The position numbers and the translations under genes are program-made. This document shows positions 53,145 through 63,365 of a DNA stretch of 64,000 nt, in pieces (positions within the stretch are counted from its first letter, which is position 1; each line of letters begins with the position of its first letter). Location: positions 32,001 to 96,000 of the forward strand of contig OZ219867.1 of assembly GCA_964291495.2 (NCBI GenBank). Direction: 5' to 3'. Below the pieces are notes generated by a model, which was not told the origin of the DNA, did no database searches, and was given only the letters and a program-made list of their open reading frames with translations. This DNA comes from Dehalococcoidia bacterium (lineage in GTDB: Bacteria; Chloroflexota; Dehalococcoidia; UBA2979).

Positions 53145-53405
53145 ATGCCCGAGCCCACATCGCAGCCCGATCCGCCGCGCGACGAGGCCCCAAAGCCGCG
53201 CCCGCGCTCGCCGTTCCTCGGCGTCGTGGGCGGAGCCGGAGAGGCGGCCGGCGACGCCGCTGGGTCGGCGCTGGGTGCCGCCGCCGGCCTGGCCTCGGGC
53301 CTGGCCGACGCTCTCGAGGGCGTCGTGCGCGAGGCGGCCGGGCCGGCCTGCACCGCCGGCGACACGGACTGCGAGGAGCGCGACGAGCCGCGCGAACGCC
53401 CATGA
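53145..53405 (+). CDS. Small Gly/Ala-rich hypothetical protein
   Basis: GGAGG RBS; stop overlaps next start (ATGA). Confidence 0.55.
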   Translation: MPEPTSQPDPPRDEAPKPRPRSPFLGVVGGAGEAAGDAAGSALGAAAGLASGLADALEGVVREAAGPACTAGDTDCEERDEPRERP

Positions 53406-55540
53406 CTGAACACAGCGAGGCGGACACGCCTTCCCCCCGCAACCGGCTCGCCGACGAGACCAGCCCCTACCTGCTGCAACACGCCGACAACCCTGTCGAC
53501 TGGTACCCCTGGGGCGAGGCGGCCTTCGAGCGAGCCCGCGCCGAGGACAAGCCGCTGCTGCTCTCGGTCGGCTACTCCTCCTGCCATTGGTGTCACGTCA
53601 TGGCGCACGAGTCGTTCGAGGACGAGACGATCGCCGCGCTGATGAACGAGGCATTCGTCAACGTCAAGGTCGATCGCGAGGAACGTCCCGACGTCGACAA
53701 CGTCTACATGACGGCGACGCAGGCGCTGACCGGCTCCGGCGGCTGGCCGATGACGGTCTTCCTGACGCCCGAGGGCAAGCCGTTCTACGCCGGGACCTAC
53801 TTCCCTCCCGAGGACGGCCACGGCCGTCCGGGCTTCCCGCGCGTGCTGACCGCGCTGCGCGACCTCTGGCGGGACGACCGCAGCCGCGTGCTCGACTCGG
53901 CGCAGGGCATCACGGAGCGGCTGCAGGCCGCGGTCGCCCGCCAGTACGCGAGCGAGGAGGGCCCGGCCGAGGCGAGCGCCGCGTTGACCTCGGAGGCAGT
54001 CGAAGCGCTCTGGCGGGGGTTCGACGAGGAGTGGGGCGGCTTCGGCAGCGCGCCGAAGTTCCCCAGCCCGGGAGGCCTCGAGTTCCTGCTGATGCACGAG
54101 GCGCGCCGGCGAGCGGAGGGCGGCGCGCCGGGCACGGCGGGACGCATGGCGCTCTCGACGCTGCGGGCGATGGCGGCGGGCGGCATGTACGACCAGCTCG
54201 GCGGCGGCTTCGCGCGCTACAGCGTCGATCGCCAGTGGCTGGTCCCGCACTTCGAGAAGATGCTCTACGACAACGCGCAGCTCGCCGGCGTCTACCTGCA
54301 CGGCCACCAGTTCGGCGGCGATCCGGCCTTCGAGCGGATCGTGCGCGAAACGCTCGACTACCTCGAGCGCGAGATGCTCGACGGCGACGGCGGCTTCTAC
54401 AGCGCGCAGGACGCAGACAGCGAGGGCATCGAGGGCAAGTTCTTCGTCTGGACCCGAGCCGAGCTGACCGCCGTCCTCGGCGAGGAGGACGCGCGGATCT
54501 GCGGAGCCGTCTACGGGGTGACCGAGGGCGGCAACTTCGAGGATCCGCACCATCCGGAGTTCGGGCGGCGCAACGTGCTGAGCCGCTACCGCCCGCTCGG
54601 CGAGATCGCGCGCGACTTCGGGCTGGACGAGGCGGAGCTGGAGACGCGCCTCGCCGGCTGGCGCGCGGCGCTGCTGGCGGAGCGAGAACAGCGCGTCTGG
54701 CCCGGCCTAGACGACAAGGTACTGACCTCGTGGAACGGGCTCGCCCTCGCTGCCTTCGCCGAGGCGGGGCGAGTGCTCGGCGACGCTCGCTACCTGGAGA
54801 TCGCGCGGCGCAACGCGGAGTTCGTGCGCGCCTCGATGTGGCAGGCGGCTGCCGATGGGAGTGGCGGGCGATTGCTGCACAGCTGGAAGGACGGCGTCGC
54901 GAAGATCGACGGTCTGCTCGACGACTACGCCTGCTACGGCCTCGGCCTGCTCGAGCTCTACCGCGCCACGGGCGACCTCGACCACCTGCATTGGGCCGCC
55001 GAGCTGCTCGCGGAGATCGTCGAGCGCTTCCACGACGCTGAGGGCGGCGGATTCTTCGAGTCGCCCGAGGACGCCGAGCGCCTGATCCTGCGCCAGAAGC
55101 CGTTCTACGACGCCGCGTCGCCGAGCGGCAACGGCGCGGCCGCGCTCCTCGCGTTCTGGCTCGGCCGCTACTTCGGACGGCCCGAGTGGGAGGACGTGGC
55201 CCGCGAGGTGGTCTCGCAGGTCAGCGCGAGGATGGCGGAGGGCGCCGGCGGCTTCGGCAGCCTGCTCCAGCTCGTCGAACTGCTGGTGTCGCCGCCGCGC
55301 GAGATCGCGGTCGTCGGCGACGCGGAGGCGCGAGTGCCGTTCGAGCGCGAGCTGGCCGGGCGCTTCCTGCCCGCAACGCTACTCGCGCCCGCTGCCGGCG
55401 AGGGCGTACTCCCGGTCCTCGAGGGTCGCGCCGTCCCACCCGGCGAGGCCGCCGCCTACGTCTGCGAGGACTTCGTCTGCGCGCTCCCCGCGCGCAGCGC
55501 CGAGGAACTCGCGGCGCAGCTGGACGAGGGTGGCGCGTAG
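53402..55540 (+). CDS. Thioredoxin-domain / six-hairpin glycosidase-like protein (YyaL/SPATA20 family)
   Basis: [49 protein letters not shown]. Confidence 0.93.
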   Translation: MTEHSEADTPSPRNRLADETSPYLLQHADNPVDWYPWGEAAFERARAEDKPLLLSVGYSSCHWCHVMAHESFEDETIAALMNEAFVNVKVDREERPDVDNVYMTATQALTGSGGWPMTVFLTPEGKPFYAGTYFPPEDGHGRPGFPRVLTALRDLWRDDRSRVLDSAQGITERLQAAVARQYASEEGPAEASAALTSEAVEALWRGFDEEWGGFGSAPKFPSPGGLEFLLMHEARRRAEGGAPGTAGRMALSTLRAMAAGGMYDQLGGGFARYSVDRQWLVPHFEKMLYDNAQLAGVYLHGHQFGGDPAFERIVRETLDYLEREMLDGDGGFYSAQDADSEGIEGKFFVWTRAELTAVLGEEDARICGAVYGVTEGGNFEDPHHPEFGRRNVLSRYRPLGEIARDFGLDEAELETRLAGWRAALLAEREQRVWPGLDDKVLTSWNGLALAAFAEAGRVLGDARYLEIARRNAEFVRASMWQAAADGSGGRLLHSWKDGVAKIDGLLDDYACYGLGLLELYRATGDLDHLHWAAELLAEIVERFHDAEGGGFFESPEDAERLILRQKPFYDAASPSGNGAAALLAFWLGRYFGRPEWEDVAREVVSQVSARMAEGAGGFGSLLQLVELLVSPPREIAVVGDAEARVPFERELAGRFLPATLLAPAAGEGVLPVLEGRAVPPGEAAAYVCEDFVCALPARSAEELAAQLDEGGA

Positions 55541-55643
55541 CGCGGGCGGGACTGGACGGCGTACCGCGGCATCGCCACACTGCGTCGCGGGCGACGGACC
55601 GCGTCGCCCGCCCGGCGAACGCAGTCCCAGCGAGGAGCCAGCG

Positions 55644-56732
55644 ATGCGAGCCGCAGTCTTCCACGCCCCGAATGACGCACTGACCGTCGAGGAGATCGAC
55701 CTCGACGAGCCGCGCGGCAGCGAGGTCGTCGTCCGCACCGGGGCGAGCGGCGTGTGCCACTCCGACCTGCACTTCGTGGAGGGCCTCTACGCGATGGCCA
55801 CGCCGGCCGTGCTCGGCCACGAGGGCGCCGGGGTCGTCGAGGCGGTCGGCGAGGACGTCACGATGTTCGCCCCGGGCGACCGCGTGATCGCCTGCCTCTC
55901 GATCTTCTGCGGGAACTGCGACCGCTGCCTGAGCGGCGAGCCGTTCCTCTGCATGCAAAACCCGATGCGCCGCCGCGGCGACGAGCCGGCGCTGAGCTGG
56001 AAGGGCGGCGGCCTGACGCAGATGGCGGGCCTCGCCACCTACGCGGAGCGGATGCTGGTCCACCAGAACGCCCTCGTGAAGGTCGAGGCGGAGATCGAGG
56101 TCGACCGCATGGCCCTGATCGGCTGCGGCGTCACCACCGGCCTCGGCGCCGTGCTCAACACCGCGGGCATCGAGGTCGGCTCGACGGTCGCGGTCTTCGG
56201 CGCGGGCGGGGTGGGCCTGGCCGCGATCCAGGGGGCGCGCATCGGCGGCGCGCGCACGATCATCGCCGTGGACGTGCACGAGTCGAAGCTGGCGACCGCC
56301 CGCGAGCTGGGCGCGACGCACTCCGTCGACGCCTCCTCGCGGGACCCGGTGGAGGCGATCAAGGGCATCGTCCCCGGCGGCGTCGACTACACCTTCGAGG
56401 CGATCGGTCTGAAGGTGGCCGCCGAGCAGTGCTATGAGGCGATCCGCCGCGGCGGCACCGCCACGGTGATCGGGATGATCCCGCAGGGTGTGAAGGTGGA
56501 GATCGACGGGCCCAGCCTGCTCGGCGGCAAGACGTTCCAGGGCTCGTTCATGGGCTCCAACCGCTTCCGCATCGACATGCCTCGGTACATCGACTGGTAC
56601 CTGCAGGGCCGGCTGCTGCTGGACGAGATGATCACGCGGCGCGGGCGGCTCGAGGACATCAACGAGGCGTTCCGGGCGATGAAGGCGGGCGAGGTCGCCC
56701 GCAGCGTCCTGATGTTCGACGAGGACGCGTAG
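55644..56732 (+). CDS. Zn-dependent alcohol dehydrogenase (copy 1)
   Basis: GVCHSD, GHEGAG, CGNCDRC...C, GAGGVG. Confidence 0.95.
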   Translation: MRAAVFHAPNDALTVEEIDLDEPRGSEVVVRTGASGVCHSDLHFVEGLYAMATPAVLGHEGAGVVEAVGEDVTMFAPGDRVIACLSIFCGNCDRCLSGEPFLCMQNPMRRRGDEPALSWKGGGLTQMAGLATYAERMLVHQNALVKVEAEIEVDRMALIGCGVTTGLGAVLNTAGIEVGSTVAVFGAGGVGLAAIQGARIGGARTIIAVDVHESKLATARELGATHSVDASSRDPVEAIKGIVPGGVDYTFEAIGLKVAAEQCYEAIRRGGTATVIGMIPQGVKVEIDGPSLLGGKTFQGSFMGSNRFRIDMPRYIDWYLQGRLLLDEMITRRGRLEDINEAFRAMKAGEVARSVLMFDEDA

Positions 56733-56842
56733 GGCGGACGCACCGGGCGGCTGGACAGCGCATCGCGGCATGGCCACACTGCGTCGCGGGCGGCGCACGC
56801 CGTGAGCCGCCCGCCGAACGTACGCAGCGAGGGGATCCAGCG

Positions 56843-57931
56843 ATGCGAGCCGCAGTCTTCCACGCCCCTAACGATGCGCTCACCGTCGAGGACATCGACC
56901 TCGACGAGCCGCGCGGCAACGAGGTCGTCGTTCGCACCGGCGCGAGCGGCGTGTGCCACTCCGACCTGCACTTCGTTGATGGCTTCTACTCGATGGTCAC
57001 GCCTGCCGTGCTCGGCCACGAGGGGGCCGGCGTCGTCGAGGCGGTCGGCGAGGACGTCACGATGTTTGCCCCGGGCGACCGCGTGATCGCCTGCCTCTCG
57101 ATCTTCTGCGGCAACTGCGACCGCTGTCTCGGTGGCGAGCCGTTCCTCTGCATGCAGCGCCCGCTTCGCGGGCCCGGCGACGAACCGGCGCTGAGCTGGA
57201 AGGGCGGCGGCCTGACGCAGATGGCCGGCCTCGCCACCTACGCAGAGCGGATGCTGGTCCACCAGAACGCCCTCGTGAAGGTCGAGGCGGACATCGGGGT
57301 CGACCGCATGGCGCTGATCGGCTGCGGCGTCACCACCGGCCTCGGCGCGGTGCTCAACACCGCGGGCATCGAGGTCGGCTCGACGGTCGCGGTCTTCGGC
57401 GCGGGTGGGGTTGGTCTGGCCGCGATCCAGGGGGCGCGCATCGGCGGCGCGCGCACGATCATCGCCGTCGATGTGCACGAGTCGAAGCTGGCGACCGCAC
57501 GCGAGCTGGGCGCCACGCACTCCGTCGACGCCTCCTCGCGTGACCCGGTGGAGGCGATCAAGCGCATCGTCCCCGGCGGGGTGGACTACACCTTCGAGGC
57601 GATCGGTCTGAAGGTGGCCGCCGAGCAGTGCTACGAGGCGATCCGCCGCGGCGGCACGGCGACGGTGATCGGGATGATCCCGCAGGGTACGAAGCTGGAG
57701 ATCGACGGCCCCAGCCTGCTGGGCGCCAAGAAGCTGCAGGGTTCGAGCATGGGCTCCAACCGCTTCCGCATCGACATGCCGCGCTACGTCGACTGGTACC
57801 TCCAGGGCCGCCTGTTGCTCGACGAGATGATCACTCGCCGCGGCAAGCTCGAGGACATCAACGAGGCGTTCCGGGCGATGAAGGCGGGCGAGGTCGCCCG
57901 CAGCGTCCTGATGTTCGACGAGGAGGCGTAG
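56843..57931 (+). CDS. Zn-dependent alcohol dehydrogenase (copy 2, tandem paralogue)
   Basis: Same motifs, near-identical to copy 1. Confidence 0.95.
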   Translation: MRAAVFHAPNDALTVEDIDLDEPRGNEVVVRTGASGVCHSDLHFVDGFYSMVTPAVLGHEGAGVVEAVGEDVTMFAPGDRVIACLSIFCGNCDRCLGGEPFLCMQRPLRGPGDEPALSWKGGGLTQMAGLATYAERMLVHQNALVKVEADIGVDRMALIGCGVTTGLGAVLNTAGIEVGSTVAVFGAGGVGLAAIQGARIGGARTIIAVDVHESKLATARELGATHSVDASSRDPVEAIKRIVPGGVDYTFEAIGLKVAAEQCYEAIRRGGTATVIGMIPQGTKLEIDGPSLLGAKKLQGSSMGSNRFRIDMPRYVDWYLQGRLLLDEMITRRGKLEDINEAFRAMKAGEVARSVLMFDEEA

Positions 57932-57933
57932 GC

Positions 57934-59121
57934 GTGGCCGACGCTTCCGCCCCGGGCGCCCTCGAGGGCATCCGCGTCGTCGAGATCGCGAGCGGCGGCG
58001 CCGTCGCCTACGCGGCGCAGCTCCTCGCCCAGTCCGGTGCGGAGGTGATCCGCATCGAGCCGCCCGGCGGCGACGCCATTCGCCGCGCCGGTCCCTTCCC
58101 CGGCGACGAGTTCGCCCTCGACGGCGGCGGGCTGCACCGCCTGCTCAACGGCGGCAAGCGCAGCGTCGCGCTCGACATCACCAGCGAGGCGGGAGCGCGC
58201 TTCGCGGGCAAGCTCGTCGCAACCAGCCAGCTCGTGATCGCGAACTGGCAGACCCCGGCCGCCTCGCCGCTCCCGCTCGCCGACAGCGAGGCGATGGCCG
58301 AGCGCTTCCCCGACACGATCTACGTCTCGATCAGCCCCTTCGGGCGGACCGGACCGTACGCCGACCGCAAGGCGGACAGCCTGATCATCGAGAGCGCCGC
58401 CGGCATGTCCTACGTCAGCGGCAAGCCGGACCGCGAGCCGATGGCCTCGGGCGTCGAGGTCGCCGAGTACTACGCGGCGGCAATGGGCTGGATCGCCGGC
58501 CTCGCCGCCCTCGCCGACAAGGAGGCGGGCGTCGAGCACCACTTCGTGGATGTCTCGATGCACGAGGCGCTCTCGGCCGCGGATGACCACAACCTGCCGG
58601 TCTACATCGGGACCGGCGCGATCCGCCGCCGCTACTACTCACGGGTGCTGATCATCTACCCCTCGGACTCGCTGCCGGTGAAGGACGGCTACGTTGCCTT
58701 CGTCCTCGCGGGCTTCGATGTCGGCGGGATGATCGCCGAGCTGATCGAGGAGCCGGAACAGGCGACGAACCCGATCGTCGCGAACGGACAGGAGCGCCTG
58801 CTCAACTGGCAGGAGTTCGACGAGATCGTCGGCCCCTGGATGAAGTCGCACACCAAGGCCGAGGTGCTCCAGCGCTCCGACGAGATCGGGCTGGCCTTCG
58901 CCGACGTCGCGACCACCGAGGACCTCGTGAGCGACCCGCACCTCGCGGAGCGCGACTACTGGGAGACCCTGCCGGACGGCGGGATCGTGCCCGGCCCGAC
59001 CGTGCGCTTCTCCGAGACCCCGCTGCGCGTCGCGCCCCCGCCGGACCTCGGCGAGGGCACCGCGGAGCTGCTTGAGCTCGACGGACAGAGCGCGGCGCTG
59101 CTGTGGCGAGAGGAGGCGTAG
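57934..59121 (+). CDS. Class III CoA-transferase, partner subunit
   Basis: LEGIRVVE, NGGKRSVALD, FGRTGPY, VAEYYAA; paralogue of 47797..48948. Confidence 0.9.
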   Translation: MADASAPGALEGIRVVEIASGGAVAYAAQLLAQSGAEVIRIEPPGGDAIRRAGPFPGDEFALDGGGLHRLLNGGKRSVALDITSEAGARFAGKLVATSQLVIANWQTPAASPLPLADSEAMAERFPDTIYVSISPFGRTGPYADRKADSLIIESAAGMSYVSGKPDREPMASGVEVAEYYAAAMGWIAGLAALADKEAGVEHHFVDVSMHEALSAADDHNLPVYIGTGAIRRRYYSRVLIIYPSDSLPVKDGYVAFVLAGFDVGGMIAELIEEPEQATNPIVANGQERLLNWQEFDEIVGPWMKSHTKAEVLQRSDEIGLAFADVATTEDLVSDPHLAERDYWETLPDGGIVPGPTVRFSETPLRVAPPPDLGEGTAELLELDGQSAALLWREEA

Positions 59122-59123
59122 CC

Positions 59124-60473
59124 GTGCGCTTCTTCGAAGGCCTCAAGGTGGTCGACCTGACGCAGGTCTGGATCGGCCCGATGATGACGAGGATTCTCCG
59201 CGACCTCGGCGCCAACGTGATCAAGATCGAGCGCACGGACACGCCGGACCAGGTGCGCTCCGGCTTCCTCGCGGGCAATAACGCGAGCGGCGACTTCTGG
59301 AACAACCGCTCGCAGTACTTCGCCGCCCGCAACGCGGGCAAGCGCGCGATGCAGCTCGACCTGCGCAGCGAGCAGGGCCGCGAGATCCTGATGCAACTGC
59401 TCGAGGACGCCGACATCCTCGCGGAGAACTTCACGCCCGGCGCGATCCGGCGCATGGGCCTCGGCTACGAGGACCTGAAGGAGCGCTTCCCGCGCCTCGT
59501 CTACGTCTCGATGAGCGGCTACGGGCAGGAGGGTCCGCTCGCCCACCGCAAGGCCGTGGGGATGAGCATGGAGCCCTCCGCGGGCGCGGTCGCCGTGACC
59601 GGCTATCCGGGCGACGACCCGCTCAAGACCGGGCAGACCTGGGTGGACCACTACGCCGGACTGCACGCCTGCGCCGCCGTGATCACCGCGCTGATCTACC
59701 GTCAGCGCAGCGGACGCGGCCAGTACGTCGACATCTCGATGCAGGAGGCGACGATCCCGACGCTCGGCCGGCACCTCGCCGACTACTTGCTCAACGGCCG
59801 CGTCAAGGTGGGCGGCGACGGCAACCGCCGCCCCGGCATGGTGCGCGGGGCCTACCCCTGCGAGGGTGACGACAACTACGTCGCCGTCTCCGCGCGCGAC
59901 GAGGCGCAGTGGATCGCCCTCTGCGGCGTCCTCGGCAGCGACGAGTGGCGCGAGGACTCGCGCTTCGCGAGCGCCGACGCGCGCTGGGCGAACCACGACG
60001 CACTCGACGAGTTGATCGCCGCCTGGACCTCCTCGCGCGACAAGTTCGAGGTGGCCGAGGCGCTGCAGGCGGCGGGCGTCGCGGCCGGCGCGGTGCTACA
60101 GGCGCCCGAGGTGCTCGCAGACCCGCAACTCACCGCTCGCGGGTTCTGGGACCAGTTGGAGCTGACCGGTTGGGGCGAGGTGCCGGTGCAGCGCTACTTC
60201 TCGCCGCACATCGACGGCGAGTCGTTCGGCGCGAGGGGCCGCGGCCCGCACCTGGGCGAGCACACCGACGAGCTGCTGCGCGAGCTCGGCGCGAGCGACG
60301 AGGAGATCGCGGAGCTGCGCGAGGCGGGCGCCGTCGTCGGCCACCCGGTCGCCCTCGACAACGACTTCGCGCGTGACGCTGTCACGATGCGCCTGGACCC
60401 GTACATCGAGCTCGGCTCGGTGCTGCGCGTCGACGAGGACTTCCGCGAGCGGGTGGCGCGCGGGGCGGGGTAG
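59124..60473 (+). CDS. Class III CoA-transferase, Asp-containing subunit
   Basis: FEGLKVVDLTQVWIGP, TWVDHYAG; paralogue of 46433..47800. Confidence 0.92.
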   Translation: MRFFEGLKVVDLTQVWIGPMMTRILRDLGANVIKIERTDTPDQVRSGFLAGNNASGDFWNNRSQYFAARNAGKRAMQLDLRSEQGREILMQLLEDADILAENFTPGAIRRMGLGYEDLKERFPRLVYVSMSGYGQEGPLAHRKAVGMSMEPSAGAVAVTGYPGDDPLKTGQTWVDHYAGLHACAAVITALIYRQRSGRGQYVDISMQEATIPTLGRHLADYLLNGRVKVGGDGNRRPGMVRGAYPCEGDDNYVAVSARDEAQWIALCGVLGSDEWREDSRFASADARWANHDALDELIAAWTSSRDKFEVAEALQAAGVAAGAVLQAPEVLADPQLTARGFWDQLELTGWGEVPVQRYFSPHIDGESFGARGRGPHLGEHTDELLRELGASDEEIAELREAGAVVGHPVALDNDFARDAVTMRLDPYIELGSVLRVDEDFRERVARGAG

Positions 60474-60499
60474 CGCGGGGGCTTCTGGGCAGTCTGGCC

Positions 60500-60751
60500 T
60501 CAGGTGGGGCGTTGACCGGTGAACGTCCACTCATCCTCTTCGGTGTCGAGATCACGGGGACGATCGAGGTCGCAGCCGGGGCGGGGTCGGGAGCCGGGCA
60601 CGGTCACGAGGTGGAAAGGCGGCGGCTCCCGCCGCCTCAGGGCGTCCCGCAGCACACCAGCAACGAAGGCGCTGACGCTGCAGCCCTGCGCCGCGGCCTC
60701 ACGCCGCACCTGTCCGGCCAGTTGATCGTCGAGCGAGATGGTCATCCTCAT
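60500..60751 (-). CDS. Ribbon-helix-helix (CopG/VapB-like) antitoxin-type protein
   Basis: MRMTISLDDQLAGQVRREAAAQGCSVSAFVAGVLRDAL, F.LVT..G...PG.DLD tail. Confidence 0.75.
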   Translation of the reverse strand: MRMTISLDDQLAGQVRREAAAQGCSVSAFVAGVLRDALRRREPPPFHLVTVPGSRPRPGCDLDRPRDLDTEEDEWTFTGQRPT

Positions 60752-60790
60752 AGCGCCGATCATACCGGTGATGCGTAACTCGATACGAGA

Positions 60791-61519
60791 CTAGGACTGC
60801 TCGCCGATCTCGAAGCGCTGCAGGAAGCGCACGCCGACCGCAAGCGCGACGACGACAACGACCAGCGACGCGATCAACGCCTCGGAGCCATCGAGTCTGG
60901 CGGTCACCTCGGGCGCCGTCGTGATCGCGTCACTGATCCCGATGACGTACTCGCGGACGCTGATCCAGCGCGTGCCCTCGAAGAGGTTCGTGATGAACGC
61001 CTCCCATACGAAGACGTAGACGAGGCCGATGATCAGCGCGCGGCCGGTGATCGTGCTGAGACCGACGAACAGCGTGCTGTAGACGATGCTGCCGGCGATC
61101 GTGGCAACCACCGCGGCCAGCCAGAGTGAGTCGCTGCCGAGGCCCTCGAGCGCGATCAGGATCATAATCAGCGTCGCGGGGACGGTCAGGACGATCGTCG
61201 CGAAGGAGGCGACGACAGCCTTCGCCACGACGACGCGCCAGCGCGCGATCGGCCGGGCGAGCAGGTAGACGATCGTCCCGTCCTCGACCTCGGAGCCGAG
61301 CGCCGCCGTCCCGAACACCAGCGCGCCGATCGGCAGCAGGAGCGTGAAGACGAACCCGCCGATCATGTCGATGGTGAAGCCGGAGGCGCCCTCGGTGTCA
61401 CCGGCGAGGCGGTAGAGCAGCGTGATCACGATCGGAATGAGCGCGAGCAGGGCGATCATGATCGCTCGCCGCCGCCCGAGCAGCTGGTGCGCCGTCAGCA
61501 TGAGCAGGGTACGCGTCAT
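60791..61519 (-). CDS. ABC-2 type transporter permease
   Basis: EVEDGTIVYLLARPIAR motif, TM helices. Confidence 0.9.
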   Translation of the reverse strand: MTRTLLMLTAHQLLGRRRAIMIALLALIPIVITLLYRLAGDTEGASGFTIDMIGGFVFTLLLPIGALVFGTAALGSEVEDGTIVYLLARPIARWRVVVAKAVVASFATIVLTVPATLIMILIALEGLGSDSLWLAAVVATIAGSIVYSTLFVGLSTITGRALIIGLVYVFVWEAFITNLFEGTRWISVREYVIGISDAITTAPEVTARLDGSEALIASLVVVVVALAVGVRFLQRFEIGEQS

Positions 61520-62445
61520 GATCCCACCAGATACGAGAACACGCTCTCGAGGGACTCGTCCGCGGGGCGCAGTTCGCGAAGCGTGACGCCGCTGTCGCGT
61601 GCCGCGCGCGCAATCGCGGCCGTGAAGGCGCCGAAATCGCTCGTGCGCACGTCCATGCGCCCGTCGCTGATCTCGATGGCGGCGACGTGGGGCAAGCCGA
61701 CCAGTGCCGCCGCCAGCGCCCGGTTGTCGCTGGAGCGCAGCTCGAAGGTGTGCGGCCGGTCGGTCATCAGGTGGCGGATCTGGCGGAAGTCGCCGGAGGC
61801 GGCAAGCCGTCCGTTGACAACCACCAGCACGTTCTCGGCGAGGCGCTCGACCTCCTCGAGGATGTGCGAGGAGAAGAGGATCGTGCAGCCCTCGGCGGCC
61901 CTGCGCCGCAGCATCTCCATGAGCTGGAGCCGCTGGCGCGGGTCGGTGCCGTTGAACGGCTCGTCGAGGATCAGAACGTCCGGGTCGTGGACCAGCGCGG
62001 CGGCGATCTTCGCGCGCTGGCGCATCCCCTTCGAGTAGCCGCCCATCGCCCGGTCCTGCGCGTCCTCCAGCTCGACGAGGGCGACCGCCCGCCGGGCGGC
62101 CTCGTGTGGGTCGGGGAGTCCGTGCAGACGCGCGCTGGCGAGAGCGAAGTCGCGGGCGCCGAGGAACGGATAGATCGCCTCCCGCTCCGGCACGAGGCCG
62201 ACGCGGCGGAAGATCTCGGTGTTGCGCCACGAGGGCTCGCCCAGCACCTCGACGGCGCCGGCGGAGGGCCGCAGGAAGCCGGAGATCATGTGCAGCAGCG
62301 TGCTCTTGCCCGCGCCGTTGGGACCGAGCAGCCCGGTGATGCCGGGCCCGACGGAGAAGGAGATGTCGTTGACCGCGACGACGTCCCCGTACCAGCGCGA
62401 GACGTTGCGTACCTCGATCGCGGCGTTCGCCGCCTCGGCCGTCAT
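61516..62445 (-). CDS. ABC transporter ATP-binding protein
   Basis: GPNGAGKS, YSKGMRQR, ILDEP, SSH. Confidence 0.95.
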   Translation of the reverse strand: MTAEAANAAIEVRNVSRWYGDVVAVNDISFSVGPGITGLLGPNGAGKSTLLHMISGFLRPSAGAVEVLGEPSWRNTEIFRRVGLVPEREAIYPFLGARDFALASARLHGLPDPHEAARRAVALVELEDAQDRAMGGYSKGMRQRAKIAAALVHDPDVLILDEPFNGTDPRQRLQLMEMLRRRAAEGCTILFSSHILEEVERLAENVLVVVNGRLAASGDFRQIRHLMTDRPHTFELRSSDNRALAAALVGLPHVAAIEISDGRMDVRTSDFGAFTAAIARAARDSGVTLRELRPADESLESVFSYLVGS

Positions 62446-63365
62446 CAGATCGAGCCCCGGAAGCGACGGACGACGATCGCCGAGGCGATGGCGGCCCAGG
62501 CGAGCGAGGCGAGCGGCCAGACGTAGCCCGGGAAGTCGGCCCAGGCGATCTGGGCGATCGGCTCACCCTCGCGCGAAAACTCGTCCACCTCCGGGATCGC
62601 GTCGAAGATATAGCCGGTGGACCCCTCCACCACGTGCAAGGGGCTCAGGAAGAGCGACCAGCGCACCTGATCGCTGTCGATCTGCGAGACGATGATGCCG
62701 ACGACCGTGAGGGAGACAAAGAAGATCGCGACCACGCTGATCAGCGCGAAGGCGCGACGCTCGGCATAGGAGGCGATCAGGATCCCCAGCCCGCCGAACA
62801 TGACGCAGAGGATCAGGCCGCTCGCGACGAACCGAGGAATGTCGTCTGCGTTGTCGCGCATCCAGTCGAGGCCGTTCGCTGCGCCGACCGCGTTCCCGGC
62901 GAACATCACCACCTGCGGCAGCACGGTCAGCGCGAGCAGGCTGCTGGAAAGCGCCGCGATCTTCGCCAGCGCGTAGTCGTCACGCTCGATCGGGCGCGAG
63001 AAGTAGAGCGCGAGCGTGCGGGAACGCCGGTCGTTGCCGACGAGGTCCGAGGCGATGGCGGCGACGAAGATCACGAGGATGAACTGGATCAGGCCGTAGT
63101 AGTCCCTCGGCGCGAAGATCTGGAACTCGTCGCTGGACACGACGGCGCCGACGATTAGCGTCACCACCGCCGGCGTGAACGCGAACACGACCAGCCCGAA
63201 GGCGAGTACCTTCGGCAGTGCGCCGCGTCCGATGCCGAAGGCGTTGCGCACGCTCAGGAGGTAGAGGGACCAGAGCGCGTAGAGGCGCCCGAGCCGCGGG
63301 CCCTCGTAGCCCTGGTACCCGAGGTCGTAGATCGCGCCGCTCGGCGCGGGCTCAGGCGTCGTCAC
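62445..63365 (-). CDS. ABC-2 type transporter permease
   Basis: IYDLGYQGYEGPR, LYFSRPI..DY..AK, TM helices. Confidence 0.88.
   Translation of the reverse strand: MTTPEPAPSGAIYDLGYQGYEGPRLGRLYALWSLYLLSVRNAFGIGRGALPKVLAFGLVVFAFTPAVVTLIVGAVVSSDEFQIFAPRDYYGLIQFILVIFVAAIASDLVGNDRRSRTLALYFSRPIERDDYALAKIAALSSSLLALTVLPQVVMFAGNAVGAANGLDWMRDNADDIPRFVASGLILCVMFGGLGILIASYAERRAFALISVVAIFFVSLTVVGIIVSQIDSDQVRWSLFLSPLHVVEGSTGYIFDAIPEVDEFSREGEPIAQIAWADFPGYVWPLASLAWAAIASAIVVRRFRGSI

Noticed and set aside
60096-60530. ORF following the RHH gene as a candidate VapC toxin
   Set aside because: Antisense to a CoA-transferase and lacks PIN-domain acidic motifs.
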